Notes: generated from the sequence alone by a model not told the origin. Shown: positions 9,722 through 19,265, numbered from the stretch's first letter. The stretch is DNA of 64,000 nucleotides from Euryarchaeota archaeon UBA552 (GCA_002499585.1 DAMH01000009.1:3396-67395); one strand, 5' to 3'. A program made the numbers and translations.

Positions 9722-12184
9722 ATGCGGACAGTTTCAAGTTCCCTCGCACTCTTGATGGTCCTGACACTGGTATCCACATCCGTAACAGCATCAAATTTGC
9801 ACGCAGATGAATCAAAAATGTCCTCAGAATTAATCGACGAATTATCGAAATCTGGTGACATCGAGGCCATAATACAATTCAATCAAAAATCATCTGAAAA
9901 CATCTGGGAAGCTGTTGGATCATCAGGTGTTCAGGTTTTAGGGGAAATGTCTGTCATAGAAGGAGGTCTTGTTTCCGGTTCTGCCGAAGAATTGTCCAAA
10001 CTATCTCGATTCAGCTTCATCAAGCACATGGAATCTAACATAATGTTAGAACACTTTTTTCTTCCGGGCGATCAGAATGACGCTGAATCAATGATGCACG
10101 AGACAGTACATGTTGTGAATGCTAGCCTTGCATGGCACAGGGTCATAATCGGGACAGACGGCAATATCGAAACGGAGTTGGACATGTCTTTCTCCGAGTT
10201 CGATGGCAAAGGAGCCACAGCCGTCGACCTTGATACAGGAATCGACGGAGAGCATCCAGACTTCGATTGTGGCGAGCCGTGGTCCGGTGAAAAATTAATT
10301 TGGTCTGCAAAATGGACTGGCCTAGCATGGGTTGATGCACCAAATTGCAACTCAGATACCTCATCAGGACACGGAACTCATGTTGGGGGGACGATAGCAG
10401 GAAACGGAGACGCTTCAGCTGGAAGACATCTCGGTACTGCCAAGGGAGCCACCATTGTCGCACTAGGAACCGGTGATGGAGCATCGATATTCGCCGCTGT
10501 TCAAGGACTTGAATGGACCTATCAACACAGCAGACCAGGCTTGAATGAATTCAACATTCGCGTAGTTTCAAACTCATGGGGCACCAATGGGGACTACAAT
10601 CCAAACAACGCGGTAACAGTACTGACTGACATGCTCACTTATGACAACAGTGTTGCGGTGATATTCGCAGCTTCCAACTCCGGTGGGAGCGGGGAAGAGG
10701 GAGATGACGACCTCAGGACAAATGTTTACGCAAACACCCCCAGTGCAATCTCAATAGCGGCTTTAACCCACGATGGTGGCGCAGTGACATCATTCTCCAG
10801 TCGTGGATGGACCAATCAGCAACATACATGGCCAGATCTGGGGGCCCCCGGGAGAAACATATGGGCAACAGCACCCAGGGGGACGGCAATAGATGCATCG
10901 ACAACTGCGCAAGGTGATCTGTATTACATGGCTATCTCTGGAACTAGTATGGCAACTCCTCACATCGGAGGCATCGCTACTCTACTCTTGGCTGCCGCGC
11001 CTTCACTTGGAGTGGCCGACTACCAGACAGAGGATCATGATGAAGGTGATTCACTGTACTTCAACGGATCAGCGAAGGGGATTCAATTTGATAACTGGGA
11101 CCAAAGAAATGAATCACGAGTGCATGAAGTCGAGTTAATTCTTGAGCTTACCTCAAACTATGAAATTGTCAGAAACTCATGTGAAGAAGGCAACGATGAC
11201 GATCCCTGTGATAACATCCCAGCAGAATGCCACATATCAGAAAATACCGGGAAATGTCATGATTGGAGGGTAGGTCACGGATTAGTGGATACCGACAAGG
11301 CACTCGCGCTAGCCCGAACCCTGGAAATTATGAGAGACCCCAACGAGGACGGTTTCGTAGACCACCCCAGTGCGACGGTTTGGCATGCTTACGAACATTA
11401 TGAGGAAATTATGGACATTCGGGAAATTCCACTGAAAACAGACCAATTGAGACACTCTTGGAAAGGAGAATGGAGTCATTTTAACAACGGCCCGACAAGT
11501 ACCTTCGGAACCTATTCTACCGACGACAGGCACTATGTGTGGATACCAAATGGTACACTCGAGATGCAGATTTCATTCAGTTCTCTGGGGTGGGATACGA
11601 ACACGGCACAAGTAGCTCAGATCCGACCCAATGTCGATCTCGGATCCGATGGAAACGATGACGCACAGGGACAAGGCACCGCGGTTGGAGACACAATTTA
11701 CATTCAATTAGACGTCGAACCGGAACACTGGGCAAAATGGACAGAGTTCGATGTATCTGGAACGGCCTTATCCCTTCCCCTAAATTCGATTCTTTCCGGT
11801 TCGGAGTTTTTAGAACCAAGAGTTCCATACACAGTCGACGTCCTCCTTACAATGGACGTCTCACAAAAACTGGTTCTGGAGGTCCCGCTCAGAAATGATG
11901 GATACTCGGACTTAGATCCCGCTCCTCCATCAGATTTCTACGACCCAATATCGGCACACGACTTGATTATGCTGAGACATGTTTACGACGAGAGTGCTGT
12001 ACCTGCTTTTGAAGAACAAACTAGCTTCTTTTCAAACTCAGGAATCTCGGGTCTTTTCCTCATCTCAGTAATCCTATTGCTGATAGCTACCGCGGCCGGA
12101 ATATCAATTGCGGTGGTTTGGAAGAGGAGTAGCGAATTTGAATTTGAAGCTGAGATTGTCAGTGACTCCGAGCCCAATGAGTAA
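9722..12184 (+). CDS. Secreted, C-terminally membrane-anchored S8 (subtilisin-like) serine protease
   Basis: Signal peptide, propeptide, catalytic triad DLDTG / HGTHVGG / SGTSMATP, C-terminal TM followed by WKR. Start 9722 (or 9716) chosen because the tracked start at 9623 lies inside the tRNA and TTGAA sits 29 nt upstream of 9722. Confidence 0.93.
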   Translation: MRTVSSSLALLMVLTLVSTSVTASNLHADESKMSSELIDELSKSGDIEAIIQFNQKSSENIWEAVGSSGVQVLGEMSVIEGGLVSGSAEELSKLSRFSFIKHMESNIMLEHFFLPGDQNDAESMMHETVHVVNASLAWHRVIIGTDGNIETELDMSFSEFDGKGATAVDLDTGIDGEHPDFDCGEPWSGEKLIWSAKWTGLAWVDAPNCNSDTSSGHGTHVGGTIAGNGDASAGRHLGTAKGATIVALGTGDGASIFAAVQGLEWTYQHSRPGLNEFNIRVVSNSWGTNGDYNPNNAVTVLTDMLTYDNSVAVIFAASNSGGSGEEGDDDLRTNVYANTPSAISIAALTHDGGAVTSFSSRGWTNQQHTWPDLGAPGRNIWATAPRGTAIDASTTAQGDLYYMAISGTSMATPHIGGIATLLLAAAPSLGVADYQTEDHDEGDSLYFNGSAKGIQFDNWDQRNESRVHEVELILELTSNYEIVRNSCEEGNDDDPCDNIPAECHISENTGKCHDWRVGHGLVDTDKALALARTLEIMRDPNEDGFVDHPSATVWHAYEHYEEIMDIREIPLKTDQLRHSWKGEWSHFNNGPTSTFGTYSTDDRHYVWIPNGTLEMQISFSSLGWDTNTAQVAQIRPNVDLGSDGNDDAQGQGTAVGDTIYIQLDVEPEHWAKWTEFDVSGTALSLPLNSILSGSEFLEPRVPYTVDVLLTMDVSQKLVLEVPLRNDGYSDLDPAPPSDFYDPISAHDLIMLRHVYDESAVPAFEEQTSFFSNSGISGLFLISVILLLIATAAGISIAVVWKRSSEFEFEAEIVSDSEPNE

Positions 12185-13232
12185 TAGAATCCCCTTCGCT
12201 TTCCTCTTTAGATAATTCGACAAGGCCTGCGTCAATCAGACTGCCCTTTCCAAAAACATCGGTCTCCCCGGATCCTATATCAATGGGGCTTTCGATCAGC
12301 AGGGCCCTGTCAACCGTACCAGAATCAAGAAATCTTTTCCAAGTTTTTGGGCCTCCTTCAACAATAAGTGACTGTATTTTGAGATCCCCTAGAAGGTCGA
12401 GCAATCTCTCAACCTCAATTTCGTCTCCCATGGTAGGGATCACGTACCTGTCTACATGTTGTGGACTGTCCCTCAGAATCTCCTTTGAATGAATCAGAAT
12501 AACCCTTGAAGACCCTATTTCCATTAGCTTGGAGTTCTCTGGAGTCTTGCCAGATGGATCGATTACCACTCTTGTAGGCTGTATTTTTGCACCTACCCCT
12601 CTGGCTGTAAGCTCAGGGTTATCACGAAGCACAGTATTTACGCCAACAAGAATTGCCATGTTCTCTGACCTTGTTTTGTGCGATCTGTTGATGGAAGCAT
12701 TCGAAGTAAATCGTTCTGATGGGGAACTTCCATCGTTATCCACTCGACCTTTGCAGTCCACGGCCGCCTTTAGTAAAACAAGAGGACGCCTCTTCTCGCA
12801 CCAGTGAATAAATTCAATCATCTGATTGGAACAATCTTTCTCCAGAACCCCATTTTCAACATCAATACCCCCTTCCATCAGAGTTGACATACCTCCTCCT
12901 CTAACAGTCGGATTAGGATCCAATGAACCAATCACAACACGTTCAACTCCCGCCCACAGAAGGGCCTCTGTGCAGGGGGGAGTCCTTCCATGGTGATTGC
13001 ACGGCTCTAGTGTGACGTATGCAGTGGACCCTATCGTAGATATTCCACGTTCTTCAGCATCTGCAATTGCAGCTTGTTCTGCATGAAGACCCCCAATATG
13101 ATCATGCCACCCCTCAGCAATTACCTCACCATCTCTCACTAGGACACAGCCAACTAGTGGATTAGGGTGAACTCTTCCCCTCCCCTTCTCGGCGATTTCT
13201 ATGGCGCGCCTCATGAAATCCTCCGCTGCCAT
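12159..13232 (-). CDS. ribD: Bifunctional riboflavin biosynthesis deaminase/reductase
   Basis: PNPLVGCV, HAE, TLEPCNHHGRTPPC, ILVGVNTVLRDNPELT, LIVEGG. Confidence 0.95.
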   Translation of the reverse strand: MAAEDFMRRAIEIAEKGRGRVHPNPLVGCVLVRDGEVIAEGWHDHIGGLHAEQAAIADAEERGISTIGSTAYVTLEPCNHHGRTPPCTEALLWAGVERVVIGSLDPNPTVRGGGMSTLMEGGIDVENGVLEKDCSNQMIEFIHWCEKRRPLVLLKAAVDCKGRVDNDGSSPSERFTSNASINRSHKTRSENMAILVGVNTVLRDNPELTARGVGAKIQPTRVVIDPSGKTPENSKLMEIGSSRVILIHSKEILRDSPQHVDRYVIPTMGDEIEVERLLDLLGDLKIQSLIVEGGPKTWKRFLDSGTVDRALLIESPIDIGSGETDVFGKGSLIDAGLVELSKEESEGDSITHWARSH

Positions 13233-13308
13233 AACACTCCCAACAAGTACTTCCTCATCACTCCTCGTATCGAGCCTTTGAAGTCTTCAGGCCTCTGTGG
13301 CCCCATTG

Positions 13309-14337
13309 ATGCGGATAGCGTGTATTGTGAATCCTCACGCCAGAGACGGGAAATTAGGTAATAACTTCCCCAAAGTCGAGGCCGAATTAAGGAAAGCAGA
13401 AATAGAATTTGATGTGTTTATGACGGAAGGATGCGGCCACGCAATCGAGATTTCGTCAAACCTCAGAGAAACCGATCATGATTTGGTGGTCGCAGTTGGA
13501 GGTGACGGGACGGTTCATGAGGTAGCTAACGGTCTCAGGAAATCAAAACAATTGATGGGCATAATACCAATGGGAAATGGAGATGATTTCGCCAGATCTG
13601 TAGGAATACCAATCAATGATCTTGGGGGGGCTGTTTCAATTCTCAGAGAAGGCACAGACTATTTGGTCGGAGGAATACGGGTAGAGGGTCTTAGAGCTCC
13701 GGACCACCCAGGAATCAGCTCTCCGAAGCACTACGAAGTGACCGGAGAGCCCAATAAAACGGGAAACCTGGTCAGATGGGCTTTTTTGGAGTGTGATGGA
13801 GGAGTTACGTCCTCAATAAACAGAATGAAGGACGAGGGCTTCTTCTCTTGGATTAGCGGCCAGAAGAAATACACCTTCCTAGCTATCAAAGCCATCCTAG
13901 GATGGAAAAGTCAAATGGCGTGGATAAGCGTAAATGACAGCCCAGGAATAACAGTAGATTTGACAGGATTGTTCGCCATGATGCAAGCAGAGACCTTCGG
14001 CGGTGGCTACAGGATCGCACCAGGTGCGCATCCATTCGGTGAGAATGCCAAGATTGTCCTTGGCTTCGGGTTATCAAAAGGTCAGATGCTAAGAGTCATG
14101 GGCCCAGTGCAAAAAGGAAAGCACATAGGTAAGTGGGGGAAAATAACGATGCAGTCTTGCACATCTTTTGAAATCAGGGCCCTTGATGAGAACGGGAAAC
14201 CAACGGATCAACATGGCCACGACCCGCCTTTATTCATAAGTCTAGATGGAGAGATATCAATGACCACTCCGGTCAGGTTCGAATTCCATAAAAATCAACT
14301 CAACGTCCGCGGAGGGCACAGTCCACCGAATGTTTAG
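13309..14337 (+). CDS. Diacylglycerol kinase family (YegS/DagK-like) lipid kinase
   Basis: IVNPHA, AVGGDGTVHEVANG, IPMGNGDDFAR, FGGG, SLDGE. Start uncertain (13297/13306/13309). Confidence 0.9.
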   Translation: MRIACIVNPHARDGKLGNNFPKVEAELRKAEIEFDVFMTEGCGHAIEISSNLRETDHDLVVAVGGDGTVHEVANGLRKSKQLMGIIPMGNGDDFARSVGIPINDLGGAVSILREGTDYLVGGIRVEGLRAPDHPGISSPKHYEVTGEPNKTGNLVRWAFLECDGGVTSSINRMKDEGFFSWISGQKKYTFLAIKAILGWKSQMAWISVNDSPGITVDLTGLFAMMQAETFGGGYRIAPGAHPFGENAKIVLGFGLSKGQMLRVMGPVQKGKHIGKWGKITMQSCTSFEIRALDENGKPTDQHGHDPPLFISLDGEISMTTPVRFEFHKNQLNVRGGHSPPNV

Positions 14338-14423
14338 TGGCGCAGACGGAGAGATTCGAACTCCCGAGTCCGAGGGACACCGGATTTCAAATCCGGCGCA
14401 ATACCAGGCTATGCGACGTCTGC
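14338..14423 (-). tRNA. tRNA-Ser(UGA)
   Basis: Minus strand GCAGACG...CGTCTGC-G-CCA; anticodon arm CCGGA-TT TGA AA-TCCGG; long variable arm; TTCGAAT. Confidence 0.95.
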
Positions 14424-14468
14424 AGCAATCGCTACGCAATCGATCAAGACGAATGAACCTTACAGGTA

Positions 14469-14831
14469 CTAGAGGCCCCATGTGCCTGGTCTGCACCATG
14501 CAGGCAATCCGGTGGCGGCATCTGGGTGGGTCAGTCCGATGAAAAGAATCATGATGAGGATGAAGAAGGCAGGAAATAGCGCTGTCATGGTTAGAATGCC
14601 TGAATCAGGGTCGCCGTAAAGGTGCATAAATATCGCAGCAATCATGAAGAATTTTGGAATTGCGATGATTGTCAGGATCCATAGTGTAATACCGTCTTCT
14701 GTCATATTCAGCGCTTCTGCAGTTGCATTCATGTCCGCGCCGACTGCACCTACTTCAATCGCCGTCAGCAACATTAGGCCATAGAAATTCATCCAGTAGG
14801 GGTCTCTTCCAAGAATTTTGTAATGCGCCAT
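14469..14831 (-). CDS. Heme-copper oxidase subunit IV family
   Basis: Three TMs, LLTAIEV, KFFMIAAIFMHL; last gene of the cox operon; GAGGTG SD. Confidence 0.8.
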   Translation of the reverse strand: MAHYKILGRDPYWMNFYGLMLLTAIEVGAVGADMNATAEALNMTEDGITLWILTIIAIPKFFMIAAIFMHLYGDPDSGILTMTALFPAFFILIMILFIGLTHPDAATGLPAWCRPGTWGL

Positions 14832-14841
14832 CATTTACACC

Positions 14842-15918
14842 TCAATACAGATAGAAGAATGGGAATACAATGACCCATACCAGATCAACGAAATGCCAAT
14901 AGAGCCCGAAATACTCAATGGAAACTGCATTACTCGGGCTGTATCCCCCTCGCCATGCTTTGAAAGTCATGTAAGTGAGGCCTAGTATACCACCGGCAAC
15001 GTGGGCGCCATGGGTGCCAGTTGTTACATAAAATGTGGAAGCGGAAACCCTGATGTTTGCAGTCATGTGAGCTCCTGTAGCTTCATCCACGTAACTATGA
15101 TGTTGATAATTATCAGCTCCGATGGTGTATCCTTCCTCTACCAGTGATTTTATGTCGTGCTCGTGTATGAACCCCAAATCTGGTATGTAAAAACCTACGA
15201 ACCACTCGACCATTTTCAGTGTAAGGAACATTATCGCCAGAATCCAAGTTGTGGCTAAAAACATCGTAACCCTCTTCCTTCTAAACTCTTCATCAATATC
15301 CGTCTTCTTGGCGTATCGTAGGGCCTGAACTATCGTAAATGAGGATATGATCAGTGCAAATGTGTTTACCGCACCGGGTGCTAGGTGCCACCAACTTGAT
15401 GCGATGAGGTGGCTTGCTGGCTCAAAGCAGGTGACCGGTACAGCCTCTTGCCAGCCAGTTGGATTGGTAACAGGGTCAAACAACCCGTCAGCGAAGACAT
15501 CGTCACATCTTCGGAGCCCAAGCCTGTATCTCATGTAGGTACTAAACAGAGATGTGAATACCATCATCTCCGACATTAGAAACATGAACATCCCGACTTT
15601 CCTGATTTGTATATTCTTGAATGGGGAGCCGGTTGCAAGCGGTTCGTAGGTCCCATCGAATGAAAGGTCCTGACGCCAGAAGACAAACATCCCAACCATC
15701 GTTATTACCATGGCGATGAATAACCATACCAAACCCTCGCCAGTGTAGACGTGTTTTGATATCTCCAAGTCGTAATCGAACATACCAGCGAGTACGAACA
15801 GGAATAGCCCGATACCCACACTCATGACGATCGGAGCAAACGAATTGTGTGGAGCACCGTGGCTCCAGTCATGAGGCCCCCAGGGACTCGGATGATGGTC
15901 ATGGTGCTCATCACTCAA
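14842..15918 (-). CDS. coxC: Heme-copper oxidase subunit III
   Basis: FLMSEMMVF, NTFALIISSFT, FYVTTGTHGAHV, GLYWHFVDLVW. Confidence 0.95.
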   Translation of the reverse strand: MSDEHHDHHPSPWGPHDWSHGAPHNSFAPIVMSVGIGLFLFVLAGMFDYDLEISKHVYTGEGLVWLFIAMVITMVGMFVFWRQDLSFDGTYEPLATGSPFKNIQIRKVGMFMFLMSEMMVFTSLFSTYMRYRLGLRRCDDVFADGLFDPVTNPTGWQEAVPVTCFEPASHLIASSWWHLAPGAVNTFALIISSFTIVQALRYAKKTDIDEEFRRKRVTMFLATTWILAIMFLTLKMVEWFVGFYIPDLGFIHEHDIKSLVEEGYTIGADNYQHHSYVDEATGAHMTANIRVSASTFYVTTGTHGAHVAGGILGLTYMTFKAWRGGYSPSNAVSIEYFGLYWHFVDLVWVIVFPFFYLY

Positions 15919-18275
15919 TGGACCACCTCCTCATTACCGTCATCAGGGACCATGAGGCGACTAAACCATCTTGAGAACCACCCTGGCTCACTTGTGACAT
16001 GTTCATTCGCATCTCTCAGGACCGGCAAATCGTACCAAACTCCATCGACATAACGTCCAAATGATGGAGTTGGGGGCGGGGAGGAAGTCATCCACTCGAA
16101 GGACCAACCGCCCCATGGATCGGCGGGAGCTTTCGCCCCCCTGAGGTAGGATATCACCATGTTGGCTACCATGATGAAGTTTGAGAGGAAGAAGAGGAAT
16201 GCTGAGACTGATATGAATAGATTCCAATCGGCCGCCTCGGGGGGGAGATTGGCAAAATCATCTGTGCTGATGAAGTAGGTATGATGCCTTCTGGCCATTC
16301 CCCATACTCCAAGTCTGTGCATTGGCCAAAAGACGCCGTTGTACGAAATGAATGCCGTGAGGAAATGGAGGGTTCCGAGACGTTCATCCATCATCCTGCC
16401 AGTCATCTTGGGATACCAGTAGTAAATCGCAGCGAAGAATCCGAATACAGTGCCTCCTACCAAGACATAGTGGAAGTGGGCGACTACGAAGTAACTCTCA
16501 TGCAGATGGGTATCCATGGCTATGGAGGGAAAGAACATCCCGGATATTCCACCTAGTGTGAACGTAACAAGGAATCCCAAGGCCCAAAGTGTGTGAGTCC
16601 TGTAGACCAATGATCCCCCGTGCATGGTTTTAAGCCAATTGAAAATTTTGATCCCTGTCGGAACGGCGACTAACATGGTTGTTACCATCGTCACGAATCT
16701 CAAGACAGGAGACATGCCTGATGTGAACATGTGGTGACCGTAAACGATGAAGGCAACTACTCCGATCCCAGCAAGCGCGAAAACCATGGACTTGTATCCG
16801 AAAATCGACCTTCTCGATGAGGTTGCCAAGACCTCTGATATGACTCCAAACGCTGGCACTATTACAACGTAGACCTCAGGATGACCGAAGTACCAGAACA
16901 AATGACTCCACAATAGAGGGTCGCCACCTGCTCCCACATCGTAGAATGCAGTGCCTACAACCCTGTCCAGATACACCTGAATCAGTCCGACTCCGAATGC
17001 AGGTATCGATAGGAATAACATCAGGTTGGCAATTAGTATGGACCAAGTGAATAGCGGCATCTGCATCCAACCCATTCCTTCTGCCCTCATCACAGCAATC
17101 GTTGTGAGGAAGTTTATTCCAGTCAATGTTGATGAGGCTACAAGCATTATTTGGCCTGCTGCCCAGAAGGTGTTACCGTCATGCCCATTCACCATGTCGA
17201 CCACGTATGGGGCGTATCCAGTCCATCCTGTGTCGGCTCCTTGGCCGGAGAAGACGCCTGTGAAAATCAGTAAAGCCCCAACAGGCTGTAACCAGAACGA
17301 CATAGCGTTCAATCTCGGCATTGCCAGGTCTGGAGCACCAATCTGAAGAGGGACCATCCAATTTGAGAATCCATTGATTAACGGCATAGCAGCTAGGAAG
17401 ATCATTGTGGTTCCGTGCAAGGTAAAGAATTGATTGTATTGATCCTGGGTCAAGAAGTCATTACCCGGGGTTGCTAGTTGAACTCTGATGAATAGGGCCA
17501 TTATTCCTCCTATTCCGAGGAAGAATAAACCAGCAAGGAAGTACAGTGTGCCAATCTTTTTGTGATCTGTAGTTGTTAGCCAATCAGTAATCCACGGTGA
17601 AAACGTTTCCCAACTGAAACCATCGGGGTCAGACCTATAGAATCCATAAAGTACAGTTATGGCGATAAGAGCAAGTGCGATTATAATCAGAGTTGCGAGA
17701 ACCACGAATGGTTCTGGGGCCTCAGGGATTATTTCTCCGACCAATCCAAAGGATGACTGCAGAGTGTAATCTGCTCGATTCCACTGATCCAGCTGTCCCG
17801 TTTGTAGGCCGTCTCCGTTAACGGAGTTCACATGAAGAATAAAATCGACTTCTTTGCCACTCACTGGGGCCGTCCAATCTACAACCCACGATTTGTAGTC
17901 GTTCCCGGCCTCGGTATGCACGACTTCGTTTACCGATCCAGCCCACAGTGAGGTGAGCCCGTCTGTTGGTGTGAATGCCCCTTCTGAAGCCCAAAGGTTG
18001 AATCCGCCGAGATTAATATTCCCTATCTGCGATGGCCCTCCATCAAATGAAATGGTTAGTCTGTAGGTCTCTGAGGCGTTGTATTGTTCTGGAAAACCCT
18101 GAATATCTGCTGTAACAGTAGAATCAGCGTTTGAATTGTGGCAGTTACATCCTGCGGTCTGGATTGAAGACCCTCCGATTCCAGTAGGCAGCGACGATGC
18201 CAGAGGAGACAGAAGGAGTACTCCAACAACAATGGATATTGCTGCAAAAGCTCTGTTTAGACTGTTTTTCCTCAT
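15915..18275 (-). CDS. coxA: A1-type heme-copper oxidase subunit I with N-terminal exported Reeler/choice-of-anchor-V-like domain
   Basis: TTTDHKKIG, TLHGTTM, GAPDLAMPRLN (D-channel), GHPEVY, GHHMF, PTGIKIFNW (K-channel), VAHFHYV. About 225 extra N-terminal residues. Confidence 0.96.
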   Translation of the reverse strand: MRKNSLNRAFAAISIVVGVLLLSPLASSLPTGIGGSSIQTAGCNCHNSNADSTVTADIQGFPEQYNASETYRLTISFDGGPSQIGNINLGGFNLWASEGAFTPTDGLTSLWAGSVNEVVHTEAGNDYKSWVVDWTAPVSGKEVDFILHVNSVNGDGLQTGQLDQWNRADYTLQSSFGLVGEIIPEAPEPFVVLATLIIIALALIAITVLYGFYRSDPDGFSWETFSPWITDWLTTTDHKKIGTLYFLAGLFFLGIGGIMALFIRVQLATPGNDFLTQDQYNQFFTLHGTTMIFLAAMPLINGFSNWMVPLQIGAPDLAMPRLNAMSFWLQPVGALLIFTGVFSGQGADTGWTGYAPYVVDMVNGHDGNTFWAAGQIMLVASSTLTGINFLTTIAVMRAEGMGWMQMPLFTWSILIANLMLFLSIPAFGVGLIQVYLDRVVGTAFYDVGAGGDPLLWSHLFWYFGHPEVYVVIVPAFGVISEVLATSSRRSIFGYKSMVFALAGIGVVAFIVYGHHMFTSGMSPVLRFVTMVTTMLVAVPTGIKIFNWLKTMHGGSLVYRTHTLWALGFLVTFTLGGISGMFFPSIAMDTHLHESYFVVAHFHYVLVGGTVFGFFAAIYYWYPKMTGRMMDERLGTLHFLTAFISYNGVFWPMHRLGVWGMARRHHTYFISTDDFANLPPEAADWNLFISVSAFLFFLSNFIMVANMVISYLRGAKAPADPWGGWSFEWMTSSPPPTPSFGRYVDGVWYDLPVLRDANEHVTSEPGWFSRWFSRLMVPDDGNEEVVH

Positions 18276-18285
18276 GGCCCCACCT

Positions 18286-19101
18286 TCAGCTGCGTACGTT
18301 GATTAGAGCTACCATGTAAGCATGGTTATCCCCGCAATACTCCGTGCAAAGTAACAGGAAATCTTCGACATTATCTGCAGGAAGCCACACAGATGTTAAA
18401 CCCAGCTCCTCAATTGGGGCTGATAGTCCGAACTCTCCTTCGTCTGTTAGAATTAGGTTGTCACTGAGACCGTCACCATTGTTGTCCCTTGCTCCCGGTG
18501 AATACAACACGTCTTCTTTGACCCCCCAAGACACAAACCATGGTGCGTGTGTGACATCTGCAGACCCCATTACTGCAAGGTATACTTCTCCTTGTTTCAG
18601 AGAAAGGCTGGCGGCAGGGGTCCCTTCCACTATGGAGGTGCCGACCTCGCACAGATCTGGTACAGACAGGCCTAAGCAATCAAAATTCCAACCCCACTGA
18701 TACGCTTCGATGTATACCACATGGTAACAATCAGCTGTATACCTCCCATCCTCAGCAGACCAAGTAAGATTCGAGTATTGGCCATCTTCGCACTCGTCTC
18801 CGTACCCTCCTGCTTGAGTAGAATCCCACACTGCGTCGAGGGGCCCCCATGAAATCAACGCTAGATAGAGAATAAGCAGAAATGGAGCAACAGTCCATGT
18901 CACTTCGAGTTTGAAATTATCGTACTCTTTGGGAAATACCCCCACTTCAATCTCGTCCTTGTTGTCCCATTCCCCGTCCTCTTCGCTCCTGTACCACAGG
19001 GAGTGGTGATAGAGCCATATGAAGGTAAATCCACCGACCAAGAAAGACCATAGTATGTATTCGTTCCAAAGGTTATCGAACAACGGGGTTATGCCTGCCA
19101 T
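18286..19101 (-). CDS. coxB: Heme-copper oxidase subunit II (CuA)
   Basis: LEVTWTVAP, AYQWGWNF, ADVTH, CTEYCGDNHAYM CuA motif. ATG 19101 follows GGGGA and is preferred over TTG 19161. Confidence 0.92.
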   Translation of the reverse strand: MAGITPLFDNLWNEYILWSFLVGGFTFIWLYHHSLWYRSEEDGEWDNKDEIEVGVFPKEYDNFKLEVTWTVAPFLLILYLALISWGPLDAVWDSTQAGGYGDECEDGQYSNLTWSAEDGRYTADCYHVVYIEAYQWGWNFDCLGLSVPDLCEVGTSIVEGTPAASLSLKQGEVYLAVMGSADVTHAPWFVSWGVKEDVLYSPGARDNNGDGLSDNLILTDEGEFGLSAPIEELGLTSVWLPADNVEDFLLLCTEYCGDNHAYMVALINVRS

Positions 19102-19265
19102 CCGATCCCCGACCTTGGGAGTAAACGCACCCTCATAAGGGTAAGGACCCGGCGCTCCCAAGACTTCGTGTCACTGCGACAGGTTAGCCAGCAGATGGTC
19201 CTGTTAGCAACAATAAAAATCGTGGTGGTTCTGTTAAGTTTCCCAGCCATGGTGGGGGACTCGCA

